Source: Patescibacteria group bacterium UBA7435
GTDB lineage: Bacteria; Patescibacteriota; Minisyncoccia; Phycocordibacterales; UBA918
Direction of reading: 5' to 3'
DNA length: 62,539 nt
NCBI GenBank assembly: GCA_002477545.1
Contig: DLQJ01000005.1
Coordinates: forward strand, 1 to 62,539
Below are positions 18,865 to 27,818 of this stretch, in pieces. Numbering within the stretch: the stretch's first letter is position 1; every line of letters starts with the position of its first letter. The position numbers were made by a program, and so were the translations under genes. Below the pieces are notes generated by a model that did not search any database, was not told the origin of the DNA, and saw only the letters and a program-made list of their open reading frames with translations.

Positions 18865-19002
18865 ATTAAAAGTGAACAGTTTCACTTTTAATCTGGTCTG
18901 CTGTCTCGCCAGAGCAGCAGATTGTCTGTTGTGAGTTTACGAACAGGACAAAGGTGGAAACAGTCTCGAACGCTTATAGAAATATAATCGTTCTTATATA
19001 AA

Positions 19003-19089
19003 GGAGAGATGGCTGAGTGGTCGAAGGCGGCGGTCTTGAAAACCGTTGAGGGTTTACGCTCTCCGAGGGTTCGAATCCCTCTCTCTCCG
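19003..19089 (+). tRNA. tRNA-Ser (anticodon TGA), type II
   Basis: Acceptor GGAGAGA/TCTCTCC, anticodon loop CTTGAAA, long variable arm, T-arm GAGGGTTCGAATCCCTC. Confidence 0.85.
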
Positions 19090-19096
19090 CAAATGT

Positions 19097-19132
19097 CAAA
19101 ACCAAAGCTCCCGCTTTGGTTTTGTTGTTTTT
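19097..19132 (+). terminator. intrinsic terminator after tRNA-Ser
   Basis: CAAAACCAAAGC-TCCC-GCTTTGGTTTTG followed by a T-rich tract. Confidence 0.7.
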
Positions 19133-19220
19133 ATACGAGGACCGAATCCCTTTTCATCTATAACTCTCACATACACAAAAAGCACCCCACGGTGCTTTTT
19201 AATATAACTATCCCCCCATT

Positions 19221-19652
19221 CTATATTCCAACATCATATACTACCGGCAATCCTGCATCCTCCCATGCATCAATTCCTCCTTCAATTCGAGAAATATTAC
19301 TGAATCCGTAATGTTGCAGATAACCAAAGCCAACGCCAGAAGCTCTTCCTCCAGTACAAATCAAAATCACCTCTTTATCTTTCTTAGGTAAGTTTTTTCG
19401 TTCGTCATATAACGTATGCAGTGGCATACTTTCAGCCCCTTCTGCGTGACGTAAATCATATTCTCCCAATGAACGTACATCCACAAAAACATATTTTTCG
19501 GGATTTTCTTTATAAAGAGCATGAAATTCGGTCGCATCTATATCAGTAATCTTTGGCTCAATTAAATCAGTATATCGAATAGGGGTTCCGTAAATAAGTA
19601 TTGCTGCTAGAATAAAACCAATAAGAATAAATAGAATTTGTTTTAAGAACAT
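19221..19652 (-). CDS. membrane-anchored rhodanese-domain protein
   Basis: N-terminal TM helix. Rhodanese active-site loop ICTGGRASG and C-terminal IEGGIDAW. Confidence 0.8.
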   Translation of the reverse strand: MFLKQILFILIGFILAAILIYGTPIRYTDLIEPKITDIDATEFHALYKENPEKYVFVDVRSLGEYDLRHAEGAESMPLHTLYDERKNLPKKDKEVILICTGGRASGVGFGYLQHYGFSNISRIEGGIDAWEDAGLPVVYDVGI

Positions 19653-19788
19653 AAGGTGTGGATTAAACTAATTTTGTTAATTTTATCATACCCTCACCAG
19701 ATACAATACTTTATGAAAATGATTGTAATTTTATTAAATTGTGGTATAGTATTTCCAGTAACAGTCATACGATAGAAAGGAACATCAA

Positions 19789-20247
19789 ATGACAAGGATC
19801 TTTACAATACTCTTGGCTATAACGTTTTTTGCGTCTTCATATCAACCAGCACTCGCTGGACCAGTTGAAGAAAAATTTAGTCAGCCTTACAAGGTAACCA
19901 CAAAAAAAGTTGCCTGTGGACCTAACGATACAAGTGAGCGCTGGGCGAAAATTTTTAAGGGCAAGTGGTCAAGCACCCAAGCTGTTTGGGTAATAGTGAC
20001 AAATATTGAACCAACCATAAATGGTTGCAATGTTACCGTCGACTATCGCTATGGGGGTTCAAAATATAACAACAACCGTGGCGGCCATGAGCCCAATCTT
20101 GCTGGAAAAATTTATGGTGATGTACTCACATTCAGAAGTAAAAGTGGGTACAACATTAAAATTCGTTATTTCAAAAAAGGGTCGCGGGTCATGATTCAAC
20201 ACCCAAAGGGGGCCACTGACAATAAGGTGAAAGCTTTTTCATCGTAA
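19789..20247 (+). CDS. secreted hypothetical protein
   Basis: Signal peptide MTRIFTILLAITFFASSYQPALA followed by a 130-aa domain. Terminator hairpin downstream. Confidence 0.6.
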   Translation: MTRIFTILLAITFFASSYQPALAGPVEEKFSQPYKVTTKKVACGPNDTSERWAKIFKGKWSSTQAVWVIVTNIEPTINGCNVTVDYRYGGSKYNNNRGGHEPNLAGKIYGDVLTFRSKSGYNIKIRYFKKGSRVMIQHPKGATDNKVKAFSS

Positions 20248-20287
20248 AAACAAAAACAGGGAGCTTAGGCACCCTGTTTTATTTTAC

Positions 20288-21406
20288 CTACAACTCCCAA
20301 CCTAATTCATTGAGTAGTGTTTTGAAATTCTCATCAACACTTGCCAGAGTAACCAAATCGCGACGGAAAAAGTTATCTACATCAATATCTTTTGTATTTT
20401 CAAAGAATGCCATTACCGTTCGATCGTCATATATATCTGTTGTGTAAAAGTCCTTCAAGAGTTTCTCAACATCATCAACTCTCTGCGATCCGTAAGTGTT
20501 GGCCAGAAATGCAGCATAATAATATTTAGTGAATCCAAATTGTCCAACATTATTTTGGTTAATAGCTTCTTCCAAAGTGTCTCTAAACATTACTTCAGGA
20601 TCACCGAATGAAGTGTCTCCTCCTTGTGTTAAATACCCGACAGCAACCGCTTTTCGGTTCATTGCATTAAGAATGCGAGGATCATTTTTATCAGTTATAA
20701 GGAGTCCTTGTATCTCGCGATCCGTGTTTGAAAAATTATTACGTACTAATGCTTTCAAGGCAGTAACAGCTGCCTCAGTAGTCGCTGATTGTCCTTGCTC
20801 CTGTAGCGCTAAAATTTCTCTTGAGTATGCTGATGCAAGGCGCAACTCAATGCGCGCAGTTGGGTAGAGAGCAGAGGCATACTCATACAAATTACGTAAT
20901 GAAAGATCAGTATCTCCTTCAACCAAAAATTGAACGAAATCAGGATGATTAAAAATGTAATCAAAAATCACTGGATCATTATTAAAACTATGAATGCGTG
21001 CAATAAATTCTATTGAATTTGCTCGAATATAATCTGAATAGTTTCTGTTTGCCGCCACCTCTCTAAAAGCATCGATTGAGCCCATTTTCTTTGAATTGTC
21101 ATCAGAAAAGGCATCAATTGAGGCTAATCGAAATGCAATTTGTCCCTCCTCAGCGTATGAGGTGCTCGTATCAAGTGCTTCCTCAAACAGAGGTCGTGCA
21201 TCTTCTCTGCCTACATTTTTGAAAACTTCTTCAGCTTCTTGAGCCTTTGTTTGAACTACCTCCTCCTGATCAATGACCTGATGCTCATTATTGTCATAAA
21301 TAAAATATAAATACGCACCAATACCAACCAAAAGTGCTATTACAATGCTTAGTAAAATATTAGTGCTCCCTTTTTGAAAAAAACTATTTTTGTATGGAAT
21401 ATTCAT
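20288..21406 (-). CDS. membrane-anchored hypothetical protein (helical-repeat-like)
   Basis: 372-aa ORF with a single N-terminal TM helix. No catalytic motifs. Confidence 0.6.
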   Translation of the reverse strand: MNIPYKNSFFQKGSTNILLSIVIALLVGIGAYLYFIYDNNEHQVIDQEEVVQTKAQEAEEVFKNVGREDARPLFEEALDTSTSYAEEGQIAFRLASIDAFSDDNSKKMGSIDAFREVAANRNYSDYIRANSIEFIARIHSFNNDPVIFDYIFNHPDFVQFLVEGDTDLSLRNLYEYASALYPTARIELRLASAYSREILALQEQGQSATTEAAVTALKALVRNNFSNTDREIQGLLITDKNDPRILNAMNRKAVAVGYLTQGGDTSFGDPEVMFRDTLEEAINQNNVGQFGFTKYYYAAFLANTYGSQRVDDVEKLLKDFYTTDIYDDRTVMAFFENTKDIDVDNFFRRDLVTLASVDENFKTLLNELGWEL

Positions 21407-21428
21407 AAATTTTATTTATAAGACTATA

Positions 21429-21707
21429 CTAATCACAACCGGGCCCTCCCCCTGAATCACCTGAACCTCCTCCTGAATCACCTGAATCATCACCGCCTCC
21501 ATCACCGCCTCCATCATCATCACCCCCAGGTACCGTAGAACAAATATGAGAAGCGAATGTGGTATTAATCATTTCAGGCATTAAAGTTGAGTGCGCACCT
21601 TCGCTTTTATTTAAGCCCAACAGAGTCATAAACCACAGCAAGGTAGCCAAGACGAAATACATGCCTAGTTTAGTAAATTTAGATAAAGAAGAAAAATGTT
21701 TAACCAT
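21429..21707 (-). CDS. small membrane-anchored/secreted peptide with Asp/Gly-rich Cys-bracketed tail
   Basis: ATG at 21707 (the ORF-track start at 21728 is TTG). Hydrophobic N-terminus. Tail is SHICSTVPGGDDDGGGDGGGDDSGDSGGGSGDSGGGPGCD. Paralogous to the upstream gene. Confidence 0.55.
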   Translation of the reverse strand: MVKHFSSLSKFTKLGMYFVLATLLWFMTLLGLNKSEGAHSTLMPEMINTTFASHICSTVPGGDDDGGGDGGGDDSGDSGGGSGDSGGGPGCD

Positions 21708-21718
21708 AGTACATTTGC

Positions 21719-21958
21719 TTAAATACAACTACCTCCGTCATCGTCACTAGAGCCCGCATCATCTCCATTTGTTTGTATTGGGGTACATGCATGTGATGTG
21801 TCACCGTGTACAGTTGGAATCTGAATAGTTGTAACTGAATCTTGATTAAGAAAACTTAAGAGGATAGTCGAAGTAAAATACGCAAATACCGTTAATAGTA
21901 TATACGTTGCAACGCGATACATTTTTTTAATTGAAATAGTTGTTCCGTTCACATTCAT
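21719..21958 (-). CDS. small membrane-anchored/secreted peptide with Asp/Gly-rich Cys-bracketed tail
   Basis: Hydrophobic N-terminus. Tail is SHACTPIQTNGDDAGSSDDDGGSCI. Same architecture as 21429-21707. Confidence 0.55.
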   Translation of the reverse strand: MNVNGTTISIKKMYRVATYILLTVFAYFTSTILLSFLNQDSVTTIQIPTVHGDTSHACTPIQTNGDDAGSSDDDGGSCI

Positions 21959-21968
21959 ATTTTACCAT

Positions 21969-22005
21969 ACTCTATACACAACCTTAGAAAGGTTGTGTAT
22001 AGAGT
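21969..22005. promoter_or_regulatory. perfect 17-bp inverted repeat (3-nt spacer) in a divergent intergenic region
   Basis: ACTCTATACACAACCTT-AGA-AAGGTTGTGTATAGAGT. Lies 10 nt upstream of the start at 21958 (minus) and 64 nt upstream of the start at 22070 (plus). Confidence 0.6.
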
Positions 22006-22069
22006 AAAACCTTCCAGTTTAAAATTTTTCAAATTATTTCCTGTATAATGCATAGATTATAGACACTGT

Positions 22070-23704
22070 ATGGACCAAAATATTCTAAAAAAACACCTGC
22101 ACGAAGCAATTACTGAGAGGGTCTACTTACAATATGGGGATTGTGATTCAATTCATAAAACTACCGGATGGATTTTTGATTTTCGTAATATTATTTTGAC
22201 GCCTGAATACAGCAATATGATTGCGGATATATTCTGGGAAACATACAAAGATTCTTACCCTTTCCAAGTTGGTGGCTTAGAGACAGCTTCAATTCCTATG
22301 ATTAGTGCAATTGTTACTAAAAGTAAAGAGTATGGTAAACCAATCAACGGTTTTTTTATTCGCAAATCTCGAAAGAAGCACGGTCTCTACAACATGATCG
22401 AAGGAAACCTTACCGACGATCCAATTGTCCTAGTAGATGACATCATAAATAGTGGCACAAGCTTCATGCGTTGTTTTGAAGCACTTGATCAATTAGAAAA
22501 ACCGGTGCGTGATATTTTCACGCTTCTGCGTTTCCGTGAAGCGTCATTTTATCGTTTCATTACTGAACGTAAGGTTACACCGCATACAGTCTTCACTCTT
22601 CCGGATTTTAAAATTGATTTCCTGAAAAACAAAAATACCTCTGAACTTGCCCCGTATAATATCGACTGGTATTTCAAAAGCGAAAAACCAAACTTTAAAT
22701 ACGTTGTAGATAAGTCAGCTCCAGTATTGGATGATACAAAACTATACATGGGGAGTGATAATGGTTTTTTCTGGGCACTTAATCAAGTTGACGGGACAGT
22801 CGCTTGGAAAAAGAAAGTAGGATGGCACCCAAAGGGAAAATCTATTTTTTCTACTCCTGTAGTTCATAAGGATGTAGTTTACTTTGGTTCATATGATGGA
22901 AACGTGTATGCGCTTGATACACAGACGGGTAAAAAAAAGTGGATCTTTATGGAAGCTGATTGGGTCGGCTCCTCTCCTGCAATAGCAGATGACCTTGGCT
23001 TACTTTTTATAGGCCTTGAATTCGGTTTGTTTAAAAAACGGGGAGGCATTGCAGCGCTTGATCTTGAAACCGGTAAGAAAAAGTGGGAACACATCACTCC
23101 TGAGATGACCCATTGCTCACCTGCATATGACAAACAAACACAAACATTGGCAATTGGTTCAAATGATAATGTTGCATACGTATACAATGCAAAAAATGGA
23201 AAACTTCGTTGGCAATATGAGACAGGAGGACCCATCAAAAGTCAGCCTGTGTATGACACAGAACGTGGTCAGGTGTTATTCCCCTCATACGACGGTGGGC
23301 TATATATATTTTCTATAAAGTCAGGCAAACTATTGCACACCTTTAAAGCTGATTTTGCACTTTTTGGAATACCCGAAATTGAAGATAAACATGTATATGT
23401 CACTTCTGCTGATAAAAAACTCTACAAAATTAACCTCAGTACATATGAGGTAATTTGGACATATCAAACCACTGCACGAATTTTCTCTTCACCAAAAATA
23501 ATTGATGACCATGTCTATATTGGTTCAAATGATGCGCGCTTATTTAAGATAGATAAAGAAACAGGGAAAGAAGTTACGTACTTCCAAGTAACCGAACGAA
23601 TAACAAACAAAATTGCGCACAATCCTGAGACAAACAAAATATTCTTGCCGACGTTTGCAAACGAAATATATTGTCTATCAGAAATAACTATTCCTAAAAA
23701 ATAA
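22070..23704 (+). CDS. fusion protein: phosphoribosyltransferase domain + PQQ-like beta-propeller repeats
   Basis: PRPP-binding loop PIVLVDDIINSGTS in the N-terminal ~190 aa. The C-terminal ~340 aa has repeated motifs: VYFGSYDGNVYALDTQTGKKKW, AYVYNAKNGKLRWQY, LYIFSIKSGKLL and LYKINLSTYEVIWTY. Confidence 0.8.
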   Translation: MDQNILKKHLHEAITERVYLQYGDCDSIHKTTGWIFDFRNIILTPEYSNMIADIFWETYKDSYPFQVGGLETASIPMISAIVTKSKEYGKPINGFFIRKSRKKHGLYNMIEGNLTDDPIVLVDDIINSGTSFMRCFEALDQLEKPVRDIFTLLRFREASFYRFITERKVTPHTVFTLPDFKIDFLKNKNTSELAPYNIDWYFKSEKPNFKYVVDKSAPVLDDTKLYMGSDNGFFWALNQVDGTVAWKKKVGWHPKGKSIFSTPVVHKDVVYFGSYDGNVYALDTQTGKKKWIFMEADWVGSSPAIADDLGLLFIGLEFGLFKKRGGIAALDLETGKKKWEHITPEMTHCSPAYDKQTQTLAIGSNDNVAYVYNAKNGKLRWQYETGGPIKSQPVYDTERGQVLFPSYDGGLYIFSIKSGKLLHTFKADFALFGIPEIEDKHVYVTSADKKLYKINLSTYEVIWTYQTTARIFSSPKIIDDHVYIGSNDARLFKIDKETGKEVTYFQVTERITNKIAHNPETNKIFLPTFANEIYCLSEITIPKK

Positions 23705-23749
23705 CACCTCGCTATGCGAGGTGTTATTTTTTAGAGCATTTGGGGTATT

Positions 23750-24934
23750 CTAGGTTTCAAACAAAACTGGAAGTACCTTAACATCTACCGAAGCAGAGGA
23801 AGACCCTCCGTCACACTCAATAGACAATGTTGCTGAATTATTAAGAGATACAGTCTCAGTATTTATTGTGTGAGGATCTTCAGTCAGTGGTGATAATAAA
23901 ACACAATTTGGATGGCCCTTTGTATCCCATGTTGCTTCAATTGGTTCACCTTTGCGTACTATAGTTTTATCCACATCAATAGTCGGACCTGGAAGTTGGA
24001 CAGCTACTACCAAAGAATCACTGTCTGTAGATCCATCACTTGCTGTACAAGTAACGGTGTAGGTATTGTTCCCACTAACTGGTTCTGTAATAGTGGTGTC
24101 ATCCCCAGAAGTATTAGACCCTGTACTGAAGCTAGCGCCTGATCCCGCACAACTTACTGCCCCAGTTGAACTCCATGAAAGTGTCACGTTATCGCCTGGA
24201 TCAATACTCAAAGTACCACCTTGTGGGGTGCCCCCCGGCACTATATGCCCCGTTAAATTTGCAGTTACACCGGTAGATGGAGGTGGTGGTAACGTGGGAT
24301 CAATAACAGTAAACGGTCGCCACCCAGTAACATTGTTCCCCTCATTAGATTCAGGAACCTGATTAGCGTGGTCAACTCTAATGGCAATCGCATGATCTCC
24401 AACGCGTGCAATCCATGGGTCCAAAGAAGATGTTATGAACCGAGTTGTGTCACCAGCAAAAACTCCTGGTTGCACACCTATGTATAAAGGCCTGTCATAA
24501 GAACGACCTGCAGCGTCCGTAAGTGCTCCGATACCATCATTATTGTAATCAATCATCACTGTCGCTTGAGTACTCGATGCATCTGTCGTACCTGTATTTG
24601 TGACATCCAACGAAATTCTTACTCGATCGTCTTTTTCAATACCTGAATACGGTAGGACGTGCGCGACTTGTAAGTCTACCGTAGCAGCACATCCATGGAT
24701 ATACCCTCCAGGGACACAAATGTACCCAGTACATACTGGGGGAGCTGGTGTATGGACTACACTGCAGCCACTGGCCGGCATAGCATATCCTCCAGACTCC
24801 CCTTTAGGAGAAAGCTCAACAATTCCAAGTTCTGCTGCATACGCAACTTCTTGTAAAAGAGGATCTTCCATCACTGGCATTTGTCCACCAAAAAATAAAC
24901 CATTTAAAATAAAAATTGGAAGCAAAATAATCAT
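23750..24934 (-). CDS. secreted surface protein with Ig-like/CARDB-like domains (tentative)
   Basis: ATG at 24934 gives signal-like MIILLPIFILNGLFFGG. Thr/Ser/Gly-rich beta-type domains and a PPPPS linker. The ORF-track start at 24985 is TTG. Confidence 0.65.
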   Translation of the reverse strand: MIILLPIFILNGLFFGGQMPVMEDPLLQEVAYAAELGIVELSPKGESGGYAMPASGCSVVHTPAPPVCTGYICVPGGYIHGCAATVDLQVAHVLPYSGIEKDDRVRISLDVTNTGTTDASSTQATVMIDYNNDGIGALTDAAGRSYDRPLYIGVQPGVFAGDTTRFITSSLDPWIARVGDHAIAIRVDHANQVPESNEGNNVTGWRPFTVIDPTLPPPPSTGVTANLTGHIVPGGTPQGGTLSIDPGDNVTLSWSSTGAVSCAGSGASFSTGSNTSGDDTTITEPVSGNNTYTVTCTASDGSTDSDSLVVAVQLPGPTIDVDKTIVRKGEPIEATWDTKGHPNCVLLSPLTEDPHTINTETVSLNNSATLSIECDGGSSSASVDVKVLPVLFET

Positions 24935-24986
24935 ATGTATTATTATGACACATTTTTTTCTTAAAAATAATACTAACTCACACAAT

Positions 24987-25781
24987 TTATTCTTCGGTAA
25001 TTTGTGCTTCCGCCAAGGTAATATTTTTTTCTATAGCATCTGTAAATTCAGAAAGTCCCCTCCCCCATTCTTCGGGGTGATTACCTGGGTATGCCCTGCC
25101 CCAATCTGCCTCAGTTACGTCTTGTACCGACGTTTTTGCTAAGATAAATTGTACATGTGCTGATTGTGGGTCATCGGTGTTTAAAAGTGCTAAACCATAC
25201 ATATTCAAAAGCCATGCGTTTGATGGGTTAGTTTCCAACCCATCCACGAGCACAGATTTCATATCTTCATACTTTCCTTGAGAAAATAACACCCAAGCCA
25301 AATCAACCCGTGGCCACGGAGCTTCAGGGACCGCTATAATAAAACTAGCGAACGCTTGAGCTGCATCATTCCAATCAGAAGCATCCCCCGTACTTCGAGC
25401 ACGATACCCATACACCAAACCAATGAGGTAATCAGGATTCACGCCAGAGTCAGGAAAAAAATCTCTTTGTTTTTCTAGCTTAAACAATGCTTCTGAAAAC
25501 TGACCTTCAATAAAATCAATTCTCCCTAGTTGATACCAAACTAAAGGATGTGCCTTAGGATCTTCTTCAATAATTTGTGTGTAATAATATCGAGCTTTTT
25601 CAAGATCATATATTTGTCCTGTTTCTGAATGATTAAAATACCGTTCTCCCTGTTCAAATAAATCTGAAATTGCTTCAGGTTCAGAAATTGACACCTCCGG
25701 CACCTGATTTACAAAATAAGCACCTCCACCTAGCGTTAGGAGAAAAATAATAATAACTGCATAGATAATATTCTTTTTCAT
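24987..25781 (-). CDS. membrane-anchored TPR-repeat protein
   Basis: MKKNIIYAVIIIFLLTLGGG anchor at 25781, then TPR-like helices (ARYYYTQIIEEDP, EALFKLEKQ, WLLNMYGLALL). Confidence 0.7.
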   Translation of the reverse strand: MKKNIIYAVIIIFLLTLGGGAYFVNQVPEVSISEPEAISDLFEQGERYFNHSETGQIYDLEKARYYYTQIIEEDPKAHPLVWYQLGRIDFIEGQFSEALFKLEKQRDFFPDSGVNPDYLIGLVYGYRARSTGDASDWNDAAQAFASFIIAVPEAPWPRVDLAWVLFSQGKYEDMKSVLVDGLETNPSNAWLLNMYGLALLNTDDPQSAHVQFILAKTSVQDVTEADWGRAYPGNHPEEWGRGLSEFTDAIEKNITLAEAQITEE

Positions 25782-25902
25782 TATAAATATAAGTATACCC
25801 AGAAAACATGTAATGTATCCCCTCACACTGGGTATTGCCCACCTGTGTAACACGAACACCGTACATAAACAGTCATACCCCCTATGCTACAATTCTCAAT
25901 AT

Positions 25903-26373
25903 ATGTCAGAAGAGATACGGACCATCACATGGGATGCATATGAGCACCACCATACTGAAAAAGGAAGTGACTGGTACTGGGTACTGGGTATCATTACCAT
26001 AGCTGTCACCGTTACCGCAATTCTCTTAGGAAACACACTGTTCGGTATTCTTGCATTCATTGCAGGGTTAGTAACCGCACTGCATGCCATGCGCGATCCT
26101 AAGGTAGTTCCCTATGCAATAACACAACGAGGTCTACGCATAGACGACAAACTTTATCCGTACAGTACATTAGAATCTTTTTATATTGATGAAGAAAACC
26201 CTACTGGCCCTCAGTTACTGTGCACGTCTGAGAAACTTTTTATGCCCCTATTAGTACTCCCTCTTCCTGAAGAATACATAGAAGAAATTGAAGACATTCT
26301 TGCGTCACGACTACCTGAAGAGTATACGGAAGAACCATTAGCGCACAAACTATTGGAATACTTTGGTTTCTAA
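25903..26373 (+). CDS. hypothetical membrane protein
   Basis: ATG at 25903 (MSEEIRTITW...). Two TM helices then an acidic C-terminal domain. Confidence 0.55.
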   Translation: MSEEIRTITWDAYEHHHTEKGSDWYWVLGIITIAVTVTAILLGNTLFGILAFIAGLVTALHAMRDPKVVPYAITQRGLRIDDKLYPYSTLESFYIDEENPTGPQLLCTSEKLFMPLLVLPLPEEYIEEIEDILASRLPEEYTEEPLAHKLLEYFGF

Positions 26374-26465
26374 GCTGGATACAGAGTACAGTAATCATTG
26401 TTTACAACATTAAATATCCGTGGTATAATTGATCCAGAACTGAAACAACAGCATAGGAGCTGACA

Positions 26466-27374
26466 ATGAACCTTGTAAAAATAATTTCTGCCTTCGTTGT
26501 CAGCTTTTTGTTGACAGCGTGTGATAGCCCACAATGGCAATCCAACGAAACACTTGAAAAACGTCCGGTGCACACTGCATTTGTGGTTGACACCGACCCA
26601 AGTACGGAAAAAGATCCGGACGATCGAATTGTTGCATTTATACTACAGAAAATTGGAGCAATGCCTGAGCTGGTGATCACCACAAAAGGTAATGTTTCTG
26701 CAGAAAAAGCCTACGCTAATGCTCAAGCATTATGGGGCAGTCGATTAGTTGTTAGAGGACAGAGCGCCTGCGACAGTCAAATGATGCAACGCCTAACTCA
26801 TCAACTGGAGCAACAACCATTGACGATACTTGCTCTCGGGCCTGTAACTAACACTGCGACGCTTCTACGGTGTCGACCAGACCTACGTTCTCGAATCACA
26901 CAAGTGATTGTCGTAGCTGGACGAGAATCTAATGAAGCATTCTGGTTAAATGAACGCTGGAAAGTTGGACGACCCATGCGTGACCTAAACTATGAAACTA
27001 ATAGACTTGCCATGCGACAACTTCTTTCAAGTGGTGTGTCTGTTAGATTAGTTCCCTTTGCCGCAGGCAATGCGGTTCGCATCCACCCTGGAGAGGTTCG
27101 GAATTTACCCTTAGCAGAACTAGAAAGGGTTCGTCATTGGGCATCAACATTAGTTCCAATTGGTGGCAGGGGAACCATTCCCGCATTCGATCCTGTTGCT
27201 GCAGCATTTATGTTGTGGCCAACTGAGTTTGATTGTCAGGCTATCAAAGCACAAGCAGAAACCGATCTGGTGGTAACAAAAACTACTCGATCAAATATCA
27301 GATGGTGTGTTCCAGAAAATCCTAAACGAGTACACAGCCTGATACTGTCTTCCCTTCACAGAGGGAACATATGA
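26466..27374 (+). CDS. lipoprotein, inosine-uridine-preferring nucleoside hydrolase family
   Basis: Lipobox LLTAC. Aspartate cluster VVDTDPSTEKDPDDRIV resembles the IUNH DxDxxxDD motif. Terminator hairpin downstream. Confidence 0.7.
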   Translation: MNLVKIISAFVVSFLLTACDSPQWQSNETLEKRPVHTAFVVDTDPSTEKDPDDRIVAFILQKIGAMPELVITTKGNVSAEKAYANAQALWGSRLVVRGQSACDSQMMQRLTHQLEQQPLTILALGPVTNTATLLRCRPDLRSRITQVIVVAGRESNEAFWLNERWKVGRPMRDLNYETNRLAMRQLLSSGVSVRLVPFAAGNAVRIHPGEVRNLPLAELERVRHWASTLVPIGGRGTIPAFDPVAAAFMLWPTEFDCQAIKAQAETDLVVTKTTRSNIRWCVPENPKRVHSLILSSLHRGNI

Positions 27375-27463
27375 ACAATGACCTAGCCTTTTTACAGGGG
27401 CTAGGTCATATTTTTATCTACCAACAAAAAAACAACCATCGAAAGATGGTTGTTTTTAAGTCC

Positions 27464-27727
27464 TTATTTAGCTCGCATGATTGCTGCTACTAACCGTGAC
27501 TTCTTGCGATCAGCCGTGTTTCCTTTGATGATCCCTCGTTTCGCTGCTTTATCGATCGCTTTGTATGCAGTAGGCATAAGCGCTTCCGCCTCATCGATTT
27601 TTTTATCCGTAATCATCTTACGAACATTTTTTACAACTTCGTTCATTGCACGGTTACGACGTACGTTAAATACGCGCTTTCGTAGCGATGCTCGGTTTGC
27701 TTTTTCTGCTCCTTTAGTAATTGGCAT
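27464..27727 (-). CDS. rpsT: 30S ribosomal protein S20
   Basis: MPITKGAEKANRASLRKRVFNVRRNRAMN... is a typical S20 N-terminus. 87 aa, basic. Confidence 0.9.
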   Translation of the reverse strand: MPITKGAEKANRASLRKRVFNVRRNRAMNEVVKNVRKMITDKKIDEAEALMPTAYKAIDKAAKRGIIKGNTADRKKSRLVAAIMRAK

Positions 27728-27818
27728 ATATATGTGTTTATGTGGGCAGAACTATACCCTACACACCCAAAAAATGCAACGCCTTGGCCATCATGGAAAA
27801 ACACTATAGTATAGAGTC

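Noticed and set aside
19009-19311. 100-aa plus-strand ORF
   Set aside because: It starts inside tRNA-Ser, crosses two terminators and overlaps the rhodanese gene on the other strand.
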